Below are positions 36,721 through 46,597 of a DNA stretch of 64,000 bases, piece by piece; the stretch's first letter is position 1; each line of letters opens with the position of its first letter. Where the stretch lies: contig JAKALS010000001.1 of NCBI GenBank assembly GCA_021813145.1, positions 67,515 to 131,514 on the forward strand, read 5' to 3'. This stretch comes from a bacterium. Lineage in GTDB: Bacteria > Patescibacteriota > Microgenomatia > Levybacterales > UBA12049. The notes under the pieces were generated by a model. The model was not told the origin of the DNA. It did not search any database and saw only the letters and a program-made list of their open reading frames with translations. The position numbers and the translations under genes are program-made.

Positions 36721-38115
36721 TTAAGTAGGACTTGGTGTGGGGGAAGAGGAAGGAGTAGAAGAAGCAGAAGGCGCCGGTGAAGGAGAAGAGCTTGGAATGG
36801 GAGTTGAAGTGGGCGCAGGAGTCGGAGTAGCACTTGGCGAAGGGGTGGAAGCCGGAGAGCTAAAATTTACACTCGGATTATTGTTGTTCGGATCCGTCAC
36901 CGTAAAGTTACTTGTAGTGTCTTTTACCGTAAAAGTGTCTGTTCCAGCATTTGAAGAACCGACGTTAAATGTTGCCTGACCGTTTACGGCCTGAATATTA
37001 AAAGTAGAAGAAGAGCCGTTTATTGTAAAGGTAGAATCGCTTGAAGTTTGAGTGACAGTAAGGTTCTCGGTAGTGGATACAGTATTTTTATTGCAATCGC
37101 GTATTACTACCGAAAATTGTACGGAAGAACCGGCGGTTCCTGAGACCGGCGAGGCCGGATAAATATCCGAGTACCAGCCGTTGGCAATTCCCGTCCCCGT
37201 TGTGCAGTTTGAATTACCTGAGGTATTATTTGTAAAAGTAATTGTAGGGTTATTATTGTTGATGTCGGTGACCGTAAAGTTTCTTGTGGTATCTTTAATC
37301 GATAGAGTTACCGACCCCGAAATCTGGGAGCTGACCGAAAATTTTGCTTCTCCGTTTTGTGTGGTAACAGTTGTAGGAAGGCTATTTCCGTTAACTTTTG
37401 TGTTTGAGTCGCCCGAAACAAGGGAAATAGAAATAGTATCACTTACCGGTGCCAAGTTAACATTGCAGTCACGTATGTCCACAATTAATGTTACCGAGCC
37501 GGTGTTTGTCGTAACAGGAGGATTGGGGTAAACATCGGAATACCAGGAATTGGGAGTACCTGCTCCGGTTGTGCAGTTGGGGTTGGAAGGCGCGGAACTT
37601 GTGTTTGAAGAATCATTGGTGGTAACTGGTACAAGGTTAGGCGTAGGCAAAGGTTGGATTGTAGGAAGAGGGGTAAAAGTAGGGAAAGGTGTTTGGGAAA
37701 CGGAATTATCGGAAGGTGGAGTATATGTAGTATTTCCCAGGACAGTGCTGGTTGAGGGCGAAGGAAAAGAAATGGGAGAAACAGTCGGCAAGGGGGCATC
37801 TGTTGATTTTGCAAAGTAATTTCCGCTTCCTACAAACTGGGAAGTTTCACTTAGTTTGGACATTATATAATCTCTTGAAAAAAGAGCCGCAGAAATAAAC
37901 AGGGTCACAATAACCAATACCGAGAGCAAAATTTTATGTTTTTGCGCGAGAATAAAAGGCCTTTTTAAAGGTTCAAAATTCAATCCCGGAATTTTTGGCA
38001 AAGAAGGAATTTTCAAAGCATTTATTTTAGGAGTCTTTGGAATTTTGGGAAGTTTGGGAAACTTAACTCTCATAAAGAAATTATACACCCGTTTTAAGGC
38101 GTATTTCTTTAACAA
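36721..38115 (-). CDS. Surface/secreted protein with two tandem ~110-aa repeats and P/T/S-rich C-terminus
   Basis: Signal-anchor. Repeats CTTGAGTPNSWYSDVYPNPPV...IRDCNVN and CTTGTGIANGWYSDIYPASPV...IRDCNKN. C-terminal PSPSATPTPAPTSTP tract. Confidence 0.5.
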   Translation of the reverse strand: MLKKYALKRVYNFFMRVKFPKLPKIPKTPKINALKIPSLPKIPGLNFEPLKRPFILAQKHKILLSVLVIVTLFISAALFSRDYIMSKLSETSQFVGSGNYFAKSTDAPLPTVSPISFPSPSTSTVLGNTTYTPPSDNSVSQTPFPTFTPLPTIQPLPTPNLVPVTTNDSSNTSSAPSNPNCTTGAGTPNSWYSDVYPNPPVTTNTGSVTLIVDIRDCNVNLAPVSDTISISLVSGDSNTKVNGNSLPTTVTTQNGEAKFSVSSQISGSVTLSIKDTTRNFTVTDINNNNPTITFTNNTSGNSNCTTGTGIANGWYSDIYPASPVSGTAGSSVQFSVVIRDCNKNTVSTTENLTVTQTSSDSTFTINGSSSTFNIQAVNGQATFNVGSSNAGTDTFTVKDTTSNFTVTDPNNNNPSVNFSSPASTPSPSATPTPAPTSTPIPSSSPSPAPSASSTPSSSPTPSPT

Positions 38116-39091
38116 AAGAATTTAAAAACATAATAACCGATATGGAAATTAGCGTATATAATGCGGGAATTAGGGCTCTTATATTTTCCAGAGTGGGGAT
38201 TAGTCCCTGGATAATTCTAAGATAATTAAACACAACCGGGTGCCAGGCAAAAAGAATAAGCGAATTTTTTCCCAGAACTTCCAAAATCCTATTTTTATTT
38301 AAAATCATCGAAAAGCCTATCCACGAAAATATCCCAAGGAATGCATCCATATAGAAGAGAAAATAGTTATTAAGATGGTTAAGTCTCATGTCTATCTGAT
38401 GTCCTGCCACCGTAAAATCTATTGTTGAAAAAATAATCATAAAAAAAAGAAAGACAGGAAAAATTATTTTTTTGTTATTAAAAATAAATCCTTTTGCTTT
38501 TTGAGACTTATACCATAAATAACCGGCCCCATAAAATACAATTGCCGAAAAAGCTGTCTCGGTTCCAAAGGGCAATTTAACCCAAGGAGCAAATATAGAA
38601 AATAAATATCCGAAAATAGAAAAAGACAAAAGTACTCCTCCCAAGAATTCTGTTTTTTTAAAATATTTGAAAATGAAGAAGAAGCAGAGCCTTGTTATAA
38701 AAAGGGTAGGCAAAAACCAAAGGACATCGTTAAACAGCATTAAATTGTCATTGCTGTTTGCGTAAAATATGCTTAAAAACTGCCTGACGGCTTCCCAAGA
38801 GCTTAAATTCGCAGTTCCTATTATCCAAAGAAAATAAGAGATAAATGCAATTATAAAGTAGGGGACTAAAAGCCCTCTTGAGGATTTTTTAAGGAAAATC
38901 CTAAAACTTCCGTAATCTTTAAAAAATATGCCGGAGAGAAAGAAAAAGAAAGGGATGTGGAAAGCATAAAAAAGGTAGCGAAAATCGTGGCTTCCCAAAA
39001 CGTGGGCATAAATTACAAAGATAATTCCCACTGCGCGCGCGATATCTACCCAGGATATCCGCTCTTTATTAATCACGTTTTTATTATACAT
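38081..39091 (-). CDS. Acyltransferase family 3 (OafA-like) membrane protein
   Basis: ISWVDIARAVGIIFVIYAHV motif and about 10 TMs. Start set at MYNKNV (ATG at 39091); the ORF track extends to 39217. Confidence 0.75.
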   Translation of the reverse strand: MYNKNVINKERISWVDIARAVGIIFVIYAHVLGSHDFRYLFYAFHIPFFFFLSGIFFKDYGSFRIFLKKSSRGLLVPYFIIAFISYFLWIIGTANLSSWEAVRQFLSIFYANSNDNLMLFNDVLWFLPTLFITRLCFFFIFKYFKKTEFLGGVLLSFSIFGYLFSIFAPWVKLPFGTETAFSAIVFYGAGYLWYKSQKAKGFIFNNKKIIFPVFLFFMIIFSTIDFTVAGHQIDMRLNHLNNYFLFYMDAFLGIFSWIGFSMILNKNRILEVLGKNSLILFAWHPVVFNYLRIIQGLIPTLENIRALIPALYTLISISVIMFLNSFVKEIRLKTGV

Positions 39092-39175
39092 AATCAAAAG
39101 TTTTGTGACTTGACATAAAGTGGTTTCGGAGTTAATATAACGATATAACGCTATATATCGAAAAGGAGGTGAATT

Positions 39176-39691
39176 ATGTACAGGCACCATGATTTTGAAT
39201 ACGGAGGCCATAGGCACTACCGTTTCTTCGAAAGAGGAATTCTAAAATATGCTGTTCTAGATTTAATAAAAGAAAAGCCAAGACATGGATACGACATCAT
39301 ACAAGAGTTGGAGGATAAATTCCATGGTTTTTACACTCCCAGCGCAGGATCTGTTTATCCAATACTTCAGTTACTGGAAGACCAAGGATTTGTTAGGATA
39401 GACCAGAAAGAGGGAAAGAAAATATACTCTATAACAGAAGAAGGAGAAGATTATCTTGACGATCACGAAGACGAACTCGAGCACTTAAAAAGAAGAAGCG
39501 AACATTTTGAAGAAAGATTCGGTCCCTATGCCTACGATTTACTTTCCGAAGTAAAAGATATAATGCCCTTGATCATCAAAAATATAAGACACGGAGCTCT
39601 TAAAGACGGGAAAAAAATGACGGAGCTTAGAATTGCACTCAAGGAGTTTAGAGAAAAAGTAGAAACAATCTTTCAGGAAGAGGGGGAATAA
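39176..39691 (+). CDS. PadR family transcriptional regulator
   Basis: LKYAVLDLIKEKPRHGYDIIQELEDKF...GSVYPILQLLEDQGFV winged-helix PadR signature. SD AAAAGGAGGTGA. Confidence 0.8.
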   Translation: MYRHHDFEYGGHRHYRFFERGILKYAVLDLIKEKPRHGYDIIQELEDKFHGFYTPSAGSVYPILQLLEDQGFVRIDQKEGKKIYSITEEGEDYLDDHEDELEHLKRRSEHFEERFGPYAYDLLSEVKDIMPLIIKNIRHGALKDGKKMTELRIALKEFREKVETIFQEEGE

Positions 39692-39824
39692 ATCTAGAAT
39701 TTCTTGACAGAATTTTGAATTCTTAATTCTTAAATCTTTGCTATAATCTTTTCATGTCTTTATCGATAGGACCGGGTAAGCGAAACGAAGGAATTTGCCT
39801 GCTTGAAAAGCGTGGAGGTAGAGG

Positions 39825-40886
39825 ATGTCACTAAGCATCGGGATTGTCGGACTTCCTAATGTCGGAAAGAGTACCCTTTTTAACGCCTTACTTAAAAAAC
39901 AGCAGGCGTTTGTCGCAAATTATCCGTTTGCGACTATAGAACCTAATATCGGCATTGTTCCTGTTCCCGATGAACGTCTCAAAGTTTTATCAGAAATTAT
40001 TAGTCGGCAATCAACAATCACTCCGCCTTTGGTGCCGGCCACGGTATCATTCGTAGATATTGCCGGTTTGGTGAAAGGGGCAAGCGAGGGAGAGGGTTTA
40101 GGAAATAAATTCCTTTCCCATATTAGGGAAGTAGATGCCATCGCTCAGGTTGTAAGGTACTTTAAAGATTCAAACATTACCCGCTCGGAAAGTTCTTCCG
40201 ACCCAAAAAGCGATCTGGAAGTTGTAAATGCCGAATTAATCTTGGCAGACTTGCAGACCTTGGATAAACAGCAGGAGCCGAGAAAATCTCCGACAAAAGA
40301 AGATGTTTACCGCTGGGAAGCGGTCCAAAAATTAAAGGATGGACTAAATGCGGGTAAACTTGCAAAAGATGTAGCGCTTTCCGATGAAGAAAAAGATGCT
40401 TCGAAGAGTCTTCAGTTATTAACAGCAAAACCGATGTTTATAATTGCCAATGTTGACGAAGAAGATTTAGGAAATGATTTGGGTTCGGATACCATTCCGG
40501 TTTGCGCAAAAACAGAAAGTGAGCTAGCCGAACTTTCCGAAGCAGAACAGAAAGATTATTTAAACTCTTTGGGCGTTGAAAAATCGGGACTGGAAAGAGT
40601 TATTACCGAAGGTTATAAAATCCTGGATTTGATATCGTTTCTTACTGCGGGGGAGAAAGAGGTAAGGGCATGGACTATTAAAAGAGGGACAAATGCCGTA
40701 AACGCCGCGGGAACAATTCACACCGACTTTACTAAAAAGTTTATAAAGGCAGAGGTTGTTTCTTATGAAGATTTTGTCCAATACAACGGTTGGAAAGGGG
40801 CAAGGGAAGGGGGCAAAACAAGATTTGAAGGAAAAGACTATGTAATGAAAGACGGCGAAGTTGTAGAATTTAAGATAGGGACTTAA
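39825..40886 (+). CDS. ychF: Redox-regulated ribosome-binding ATPase YchF
   Basis: GIVGLPNVGKSTLFNAL G1 motif and C-terminal TGS domain. Confidence 0.9.
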   Translation: MSLSIGIVGLPNVGKSTLFNALLKKQQAFVANYPFATIEPNIGIVPVPDERLKVLSEIISRQSTITPPLVPATVSFVDIAGLVKGASEGEGLGNKFLSHIREVDAIAQVVRYFKDSNITRSESSSDPKSDLEVVNAELILADLQTLDKQQEPRKSPTKEDVYRWEAVQKLKDGLNAGKLAKDVALSDEEKDASKSLQLLTAKPMFIIANVDEEDLGNDLGSDTIPVCAKTESELAELSEAEQKDYLNSLGVEKSGLERVITEGYKILDLISFLTAGEKEVRAWTIKRGTNAVNAAGTIHTDFTKKFIKAEVVSYEDFVQYNGWKGAREGGKTRFEGKDYVMKDGEVVEFKIGT

Positions 40887-40911
40887 ATTACTCGGGTGAT
40901 ATAATTTCTGC

Positions 40912-41793
40912 ATGAATGCAGAAAATCCTCAGGCAGAATCCCCAAGAATATTAAAAGAAATCGAATATTGGGAACAGGATAAAATTTCTATGCTTCCCTT
41001 GCTTGAAAAATATCCGCTTAAACACGGTTTTACGTGGGGGAAAATGTCGGAAAATATGTCTCCTGTTTATGCCAAAGAAGAGGGAGCAGAAACCGTAGAA
41101 GCAAGAATAGTTAATTTTCTAAAATCCTGCAATATGGAGGGGAAAAGAATAAATGCCCTTGGAGTTTTTGAAGGAACTCATATGCAAATAATGGAAGTCT
41201 CGCAAAAAGATACAGAAGATATTCCGGAAACCCCGGTAAAAGCAAATTTTATTTACACTAAAGACAGAAAAGTTATCTTATCTATAAGGCCCGGAGACTG
41301 TAATGTCTCGATAATTTTTGCAAAAGACAAAGAGGGAAGAAGTATTGCGGGACTTATTCATTCTTCTGCCCACAGCACAAATATGGGATTACCAAGATAT
41401 GCAATAAGGCATCTTATAGAGGATGAGGGGGTTGAGCAGTCCTCGATAATAGTAGGAATTACTCCGGGGATTTCTAAAGAGCATTATTCAATAAGCTGTG
41501 AGGCCGATGTTTTGAATAATCCGAATTTGGATAAAGTAACCGTTGAAAGAAACTGGAAAGGGCATATTTCTTCCAAAGATTTATCAAAAGGAGACAGCAG
41601 GCCAAGGCAAGTAGATATTCTTGGCGCTACAATTATGCAATTCGAAGAAGAGGGGGTTCTACCTCAAAATATCCAAGTATATGAAATAGATACATATGAT
41701 GCGGCAGAAAAAGGAGAAGGATTTTCCAAAAGATATTCCGATGACAGCGGTAAACCACAGGCAAGAATAATGGTTGCGGTACAACTAGCCTAA
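40912..41793 (+). CDS. Putative laccase-domain / YfiH (PgeF) family protein
   Basis: RPGDCNVS and HSSAHS positions resemble the conserved Cys and His of the DUF152/YfiH family. Tentative. Confidence 0.4.
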   Translation: MNAENPQAESPRILKEIEYWEQDKISMLPLLEKYPLKHGFTWGKMSENMSPVYAKEEGAETVEARIVNFLKSCNMEGKRINALGVFEGTHMQIMEVSQKDTEDIPETPVKANFIYTKDRKVILSIRPGDCNVSIIFAKDKEGRSIAGLIHSSAHSTNMGLPRYAIRHLIEDEGVEQSSIIVGITPGISKEHYSISCEADVLNNPNLDKVTVERNWKGHISSKDLSKGDSRPRQVDILGATIMQFEEEGVLPQNIQVYEIDTYDAAEKGEGFSKRYSDDSGKPQARIMVAVQLA

Positions 41794-42095
41794 TTTTTAA
41801 TTTTTCCCTGATCCTGGTATCGTCTTATCGCATAATAAAGGGAAAAAGCAAGAGCAGCTGCCGCAACACCAGCGTTTAAAATAAGAGGAGCTTCCTGTTT
41901 TGAGCTTAAGTTAATATCCGTAAGCATTACTGCGCCCAAAAAGAAAAGGGTACTTTTATCTCCGTTTATTTTTACGCTTCTTTTTAGAGTTTCGTAATCT
42001 GCAATAGTAGCTGTTTTTTCTGTGGTATTTTCAAAATTCTCCGAGATACCTAATTCTCTTGCGGGAATACTTCTTATTCCTTCAGCTGTAGCCAT
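41790..42095 (-). CDS. Hypothetical protein with C-terminal TM
   Basis: 101-aa ORF. Confidence 0.35.
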   Translation of the reverse strand: MATAEGIRSIPARELGISENFENTTEKTATIADYETLKRSVKINGDKSTLFFLGAVMLTDINLSSKQEAPLILNAGVAAAALAFSLYYAIRRYQDQGKIKN

Positions 42096-42222
42096 AGTTG
42101 TGGATTTTATCTTACCGTATTCACTTTGTCAAACAGTCCGATTGGCCCTATAGATTTTCTTCTTGCTTTAAAAGTATTCTTATGGTAGGATATTTAGGCA
42201 TCGCGTACGCGTGTAATTTTAT

Positions 42223-42501
42223 ATGAGAAGTTATCAGTTAGTGCTCGTTTTAAAGCCTTCATTAAAAGAAACAGACAGAAAAAAAGTCGTGGATACAGTT
42301 AAATCGCTGTTAAAAGATATAAAAATAGAAAAAGAAGAAGATTGGGGAGAGAAGCCTCTTGCTTATCCTATTAAACACTCACAATTAGCTTATTATGTAA
42401 ATATGCTATTTGAAGTAAAAGATGTGTTACCTCAGGATCTTGAAAAAAGAATTCAGACAAACGATGATATACTTAGACATCTACTCCTTAGAAGAGAGTA
42501 G
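42223..42501 (+). CDS. rpsF: 30S ribosomal protein S6
   Basis: MRSYQLVLVLKPSL... start. Position upstream of ssb and rpsR. Confidence 0.85.
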   Translation: MRSYQLVLVLKPSLKETDRKKVVDTVKSLLKDIKIEKEEDWGEKPLAYPIKHSQLAYYVNMLFEVKDVLPQDLEKRIQTNDDILRHLLLRRE

Positions 42502-42527
42502 ATTCAATGATTAAAAGATTATAAGAT

Positions 42528-43001
42528 ATGGCAAGAAGTTTAAACAGAGTACAACTTATAGGAAATTTAACAAGGGATCCGGAGTTAAGGTATACACCTC
42601 AGGGCACTGCTGTTTGCTCTTTTAGTATTGCTACCAACAGAAATTGGACAACGGATACCGGGGAGAAAAAAGAAGAAGTCGAATTCCACAGGATTGTTGC
42701 CTGGAATAAGCTTGCAGAACTTTGCTCACAGTTTTTGGTGAAAGGCAGAAAGGTTTATGTAGAAGGAAGACTTTCCACAAGAAGCTGGAATGCCCAGGAT
42801 GGAACACAGAAGCAGACGACAGAAATAATTATTTCGGATATGATTCTTCTTGATTCAAAGAGACCCGAAGGAGAAGCGGTAGAACGTGTTTCCGAGCCGA
42901 CAGAGGATAAAGCTCCAAAAAAGGCAAAAAAACAAAAAGAAGAAGCGCCGGAAGAGCAAAATGAAGAGGAGGAAATAGTACCGGACGATATTCCTTTCTA
43001 A
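42528..43001 (+). CDS. ssb: Single-stranded DNA-binding protein
   Basis: OB-fold. Acidic C-terminal tail ending DDIPF. Confidence 0.9.
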   Translation: MARSLNRVQLIGNLTRDPELRYTPQGTAVCSFSIATNRNWTTDTGEKKEEVEFHRIVAWNKLAELCSQFLVKGRKVYVEGRLSTRSWNAQDGTQKQTTEIIISDMILLDSKRPEGEAVERVSEPTEDKAPKKAKKQKEEAPEEQNEEEEIVPDDIPF

Positions 43002-43002
43002 T

Positions 43003-43251
43003 ATGGCTAAAAAATCTCAACCAAGAAAAAGAATGCAGAAGGTAAACACTCCGAAGAAGTGTTATTTTGACGAGGCAAAAAAAGAACCCACGTTCTCCGA
43101 TGTGGCGGAGCTTCAGAGGTTTATAACCGAAAGGGGAAAAATTATACCAAGATCCAGAAGCGGACTTTGCGCAAAACACCAAAAGACTCTAACGACAGAA
43201 GTAAAGCACGCAAGATACCTTGCATTATTACCTTTTGTAGTCAGAGGCTAG
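43003..43251 (+). CDS. rpsR: 30S ribosomal protein S18
   Basis: [10 protein letters not shown]...RYLALLPF motif of S18. Confidence 0.9.
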   Translation: MAKKSQPRKRMQKVNTPKKCYFDEAKKEPTFSDVAELQRFITERGKIIPRSRSGLCAKHQKTLTTEVKHARYLALLPFVVRG

Positions 43252-43267
43252 TCGATAGTAAATAATC

Positions 43268-44026
43268 ATGACTTTACTGCCTGTTCTTCTTCCAGAAGGT
43301 TATGCTCCTACGGTTTCTGTTAATGATAAATTAACGGCAGGGCAGGTTGTTGCCGAAAAAAGCGAAAAAGGCATAGAAGAAATTATTCACGTTTCCCAAA
43401 TTCTCGGTATAAATTCAAAAAAGTTCATAAAAACTCTTAAAAAACATCTGGGGGACGGAATCCAAAAAGGGGAAGTTCTTGCCGAAACAAAAGGAGCGCT
43501 TGGTTTTGGTGGAAAGAAAATTATCAGCGAATTCTCAGGAACGGTTATTAAGATAGATGAAGAAACAGGCGATGTCCTTATTCATACTGCGACCGCAAAT
43601 AAGGCTCCGGTGACTATAGTTTCGCCTGTTGAAGGAACAGTAGATTTTTGTAATAATGACAAGATTGTCATTAAAACAGAGAAGGAGACACTTGTCGCAA
43701 AAGATGCAAAAGGAGATGACTTAAGGGGAGAATTGTTTGTTATAGAGGGTGAGGAAGTAGATTTTAACAGAGTTACTGCAGGGGTTTCCAAAAAAATTGT
43801 TTTAGGCAGGAATTTTGAAAAGGGTGTAATTTTTAAGGCTTTCGGACTTGGCGCATTGGGTGTCGTTGGAATACAAATCAGAAAAGGAGACTTGGAAGAT
43901 TTGGAGGAAAAAGGGATAAAATCTCCTGTTCTTACAATCGGGGAGGAAGATTTTAAAAAAGTCCTAAAACACAGGGATGAACAAGTTTATCTTGATCCCA
44001 AAAATAAAGCGCTTGTCATTTTATGA
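43268..44026 (+). CDS. Hypothetical protein with two biotinyl/lipoyl-like (barrel-sandwich hybrid) segments
   Basis: Occupies the position where rplI is commonly found but is not L9. GDGIQKGEVLAE-type motifs. Confidence 0.4.
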   Translation: MTLLPVLLPEGYAPTVSVNDKLTAGQVVAEKSEKGIEEIIHVSQILGINSKKFIKTLKKHLGDGIQKGEVLAETKGALGFGGKKIISEFSGTVIKIDEETGDVLIHTATANKAPVTIVSPVEGTVDFCNNDKIVIKTEKETLVAKDAKGDDLRGELFVIEGEEVDFNRVTAGVSKKIVLGRNFEKGVIFKAFGLGALGVVGIQIRKGDLEDLEEKGIKSPVLTIGEEDFKKVLKHRDEQVYLDPKNKALVIL

Positions 44027-45321
44027 AAGATAAAAGTTTAAAAGACAGAAATCTAAAAATACAAATCGGATTAATGGTACTTATTGCCCTTCTGGTAGGA
44101 TATTTTTTTGGAGTTAACAAGGTAAATTATGATTGGCAGAATTATAAGCCCCAGCTGCAGATAACCAGCAAAGAGCCTCCTTCCGGGGTAATACCGGTTG
44201 ATTTCACTCCTTTTTGGACTGTCTGGCAGAAACTGGAAACAAGCTACTATGATAAGTCCAAACTCAATACTCAAAAAATGGTAAACGGCGCCATAGAGGG
44301 AATGGTACAGTCTATAGGTGACCCTTATACCCTATATCTGCCTCCGACACAAAACACCAATTTTAAACAAGGGCTTTCAGGCGAATTTGACGGGATAGGC
44401 GCAGAATTAACCCTCAACGGAAAACAGCTCATTGTCATAGCTCCTTTAATAGGAAGTCCGGCAGATAAAGCGGGATTAAAGGCAGGGGATGCTATTATGG
44501 CAATAGACGGACAATCGACTTCTGGAATGGACTTAAATACTGCTGTTGACAAAATAAGAGGGCCAAAAGGTACAACAGTTACTCTTACCGTTTTACATAA
44601 AGGGGATAAGAATCCAACAGATATTACCATAACAAGAGACGTGATAACCGTAAAAAGCGTTGACGGATGGGTCAAACCGGTTTCATGCTCCTCGGGTACA
44701 TGTCAGGTAATAGACCAGTCGAAAGCCACTGCAAATGGCCCTTATGTTGCCTATATACAGCTTTCGCAATTCGGGGACAACACAAATCAGGAGTGGACAG
44801 CGGTTGTAAACAATATAGAGTCCCAGATAAAAGCCGGAAAACAGATTAAAGGTGTAATTCTCGATGTAAGAAATAACCCCGGAGGTTATCTGACCGATGC
44901 GACTTTTATAGCCTCGGAATTTCTTAATCAGGGGGCACCTGTTGTAACCGAAGACGACGGGATTCCGGCAGATAAACAGACTCTGTACGCGACAAGAACG
45001 GGCGTATTCGCAAACACACCGGTCGTTGTTTTGATAAATAAAGGGAGTGCTTCGGCGAGCGAAATAGTTTCGGGAGCATTGAGGGATAACGGTAGGGCAA
45101 AACTTGTCGGGGAAACATCTTTCGGAAAAGGCACAGTACAGCAGGCGGAAGACTTAGGCGGAGGAGCAGGTCTTCATGTAACGATAGCAAAATGGTTAAC
45201 GCCAAACGGTACATGGGTTAACGGAAAAGGTCTTACTCCCGACTACACGGTGGCCCTGAATCCGAAGGATCCGAGCGAAGATACCCAACTTGAAAAAGCA
45301 ATCGAGGTGTTGGTACAATGA
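44023..45321 (+). CDS. ctpA: Carboxy-terminal processing protease (S41 family) with PDZ domain
   Basis: N-terminal TM. PDZ (GIGAELTLNGKQLIVIAPLIGSPADKAGLKAGDAIMAIDG). S41 catalytic region. Confidence 0.85.
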   Translation: MKDKSLKDRNLKIQIGLMVLIALLVGYFFGVNKVNYDWQNYKPQLQITSKEPPSGVIPVDFTPFWTVWQKLETSYYDKSKLNTQKMVNGAIEGMVQSIGDPYTLYLPPTQNTNFKQGLSGEFDGIGAELTLNGKQLIVIAPLIGSPADKAGLKAGDAIMAIDGQSTSGMDLNTAVDKIRGPKGTTVTLTVLHKGDKNPTDITITRDVITVKSVDGWVKPVSCSSGTCQVIDQSKATANGPYVAYIQLSQFGDNTNQEWTAVVNNIESQIKAGKQIKGVILDVRNNPGGYLTDATFIASEFLNQGAPVVTEDDGIPADKQTLYATRTGVFANTPVVVLINKGSASASEIVSGALRDNGRAKLVGETSFGKGTVQQAEDLGGGAGLHVTIAKWLTPNGTWVNGKGLTPDYTVALNPKDPSEDTQLEKAIEVLVQ

Positions 45322-46487
45322 GTTCGCCTATGAGAAGACTAATACTTTTAGTCGTAGTATTGCTGGTATTTTTGGGCATTTGGAGTGCCTTGTATACTTA
45401 TGTGCCTCAACTTACACAAAGTTTAAACCTTGGTAAAATTGCTCCTGTTTCACAGCCCAAGGAAACTGTAAAAGTTCTTTCAGAGCAATCGGTTACAATA
45501 AACGATGTCAAGAAAGTAGGCCCTTCGGTTGTTACGGTAGAGGAGGAAGCACCCGCTTCTTCGGGTCAGTCGTATAATTTCGGTCCTTTCCAGATTTTCG
45601 GACTTCCGCAACCGCAACAGCAACAGAATCAACCGGCAGCAATAGGCTCCGGCTTTATTGTTTCTTCCGACGGACTTGTTGTTACGAGTAAGCACGTAGT
45701 TGCGGATATAGGCGCTACTTATCATGTAATTACAAACAACAATAAGACTTATACTGTTCAGAATATTTATAGAGATCCTTTAAATGATATTGCTCTTCTT
45801 AAAATAAATCCTTCCGATAATCCCGGACAGACTTTAACTCCGGTTACCTTGGGAGATTCTTCACATCTTCAGGTTGGACAGTTTGTCGTTGCGATAGGGA
45901 CAGCTCTCGGACAATTCAGAAACACCGTAACAACGGGAGTGATTTCGGGACTGGGAAGGTCAATAACTGCCGGTGACCAGTTTCAGGGCTATGTAGAAAA
46001 TCTTAATAATGTCATACAAACCGATGCGGCAATAAATCCCGGCAATTCAGGAGGACCATTGGTAGATTCTTCGGGGGATGTAATAGGAATAAATACTGCC
46101 ATAGCCCAAAACGGGCAGAATATAGGATTCGCCCTTCCTATAAATGTTGTCAAGAACTCGATAAATAACTTCAATCAAACAGGACAATTCAACAGACCTT
46201 TCCTCGGTGTTTCGTATACGATGCTTTCGCAAAGCGTGGCGCTTTTAAATAACGTTGTCCAGGGCGCTTATGTTCAAAGCGTCGTTACCGGTTCTCCCGC
46301 AGACAAAGCCGGAATACAGCAAGGGGATATAATTGTCAAATTCGACGGACAGCAGGTAACGACAAATAATGATCTCGCGACTTTGATAGCAAAGAAAAAA
46401 CCGGGAGACAGTGTATCTTTGACTATATGGAGAAATAGAAAGACGCAGGATCTGAATGTAGTCCTCACAACTGCGCCGAACCAATAG
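45318..46487 (+). CDS. htrA: HtrA/DegP-family trypsin-like serine protease with C-terminal PDZ
   Basis: His (TSKHVV), Asp and Ser (GNSGGPLVD) catalytic motifs. PDZ (GSPADKAGIQQGDIIVKFDG). Confidence 0.85.
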   Translation: MSSPMRRLILLVVVLLVFLGIWSALYTYVPQLTQSLNLGKIAPVSQPKETVKVLSEQSVTINDVKKVGPSVVTVEEEAPASSGQSYNFGPFQIFGLPQPQQQQNQPAAIGSGFIVSSDGLVVTSKHVVADIGATYHVITNNNKTYTVQNIYRDPLNDIALLKINPSDNPGQTLTPVTLGDSSHLQVGQFVVAIGTALGQFRNTVTTGVISGLGRSITAGDQFQGYVENLNNVIQTDAAINPGNSGGPLVDSSGDVIGINTAIAQNGQNIGFALPINVVKNSINNFNQTGQFNRPFLGVSYTMLSQSVALLNNVVQGAYVQSVVTGSPADKAGIQQGDIIVKFDGQQVTTNNDLATLIAKKKPGDSVSLTIWRNRKTQDLNVVLTTAPNQ

Positions 46488-46597
46488 CTTCGCGTTGAAT
46501 ATTTATAATTCCCCATACACAGTTAATTTTGAAATTGATTCATTATTCAATTAAATGGAGAATGGAAGATATTAAATGGAAAATGTATAATTAGATT

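Noticed and set aside
37181-37819. Plus-strand ORFs (116 aa, 89 aa) within the surface-protein gene region
   Set aside because: They are antisense to the 464-aa repeat protein and their G/V-rich translation is typical of a reverse-frame artefact.
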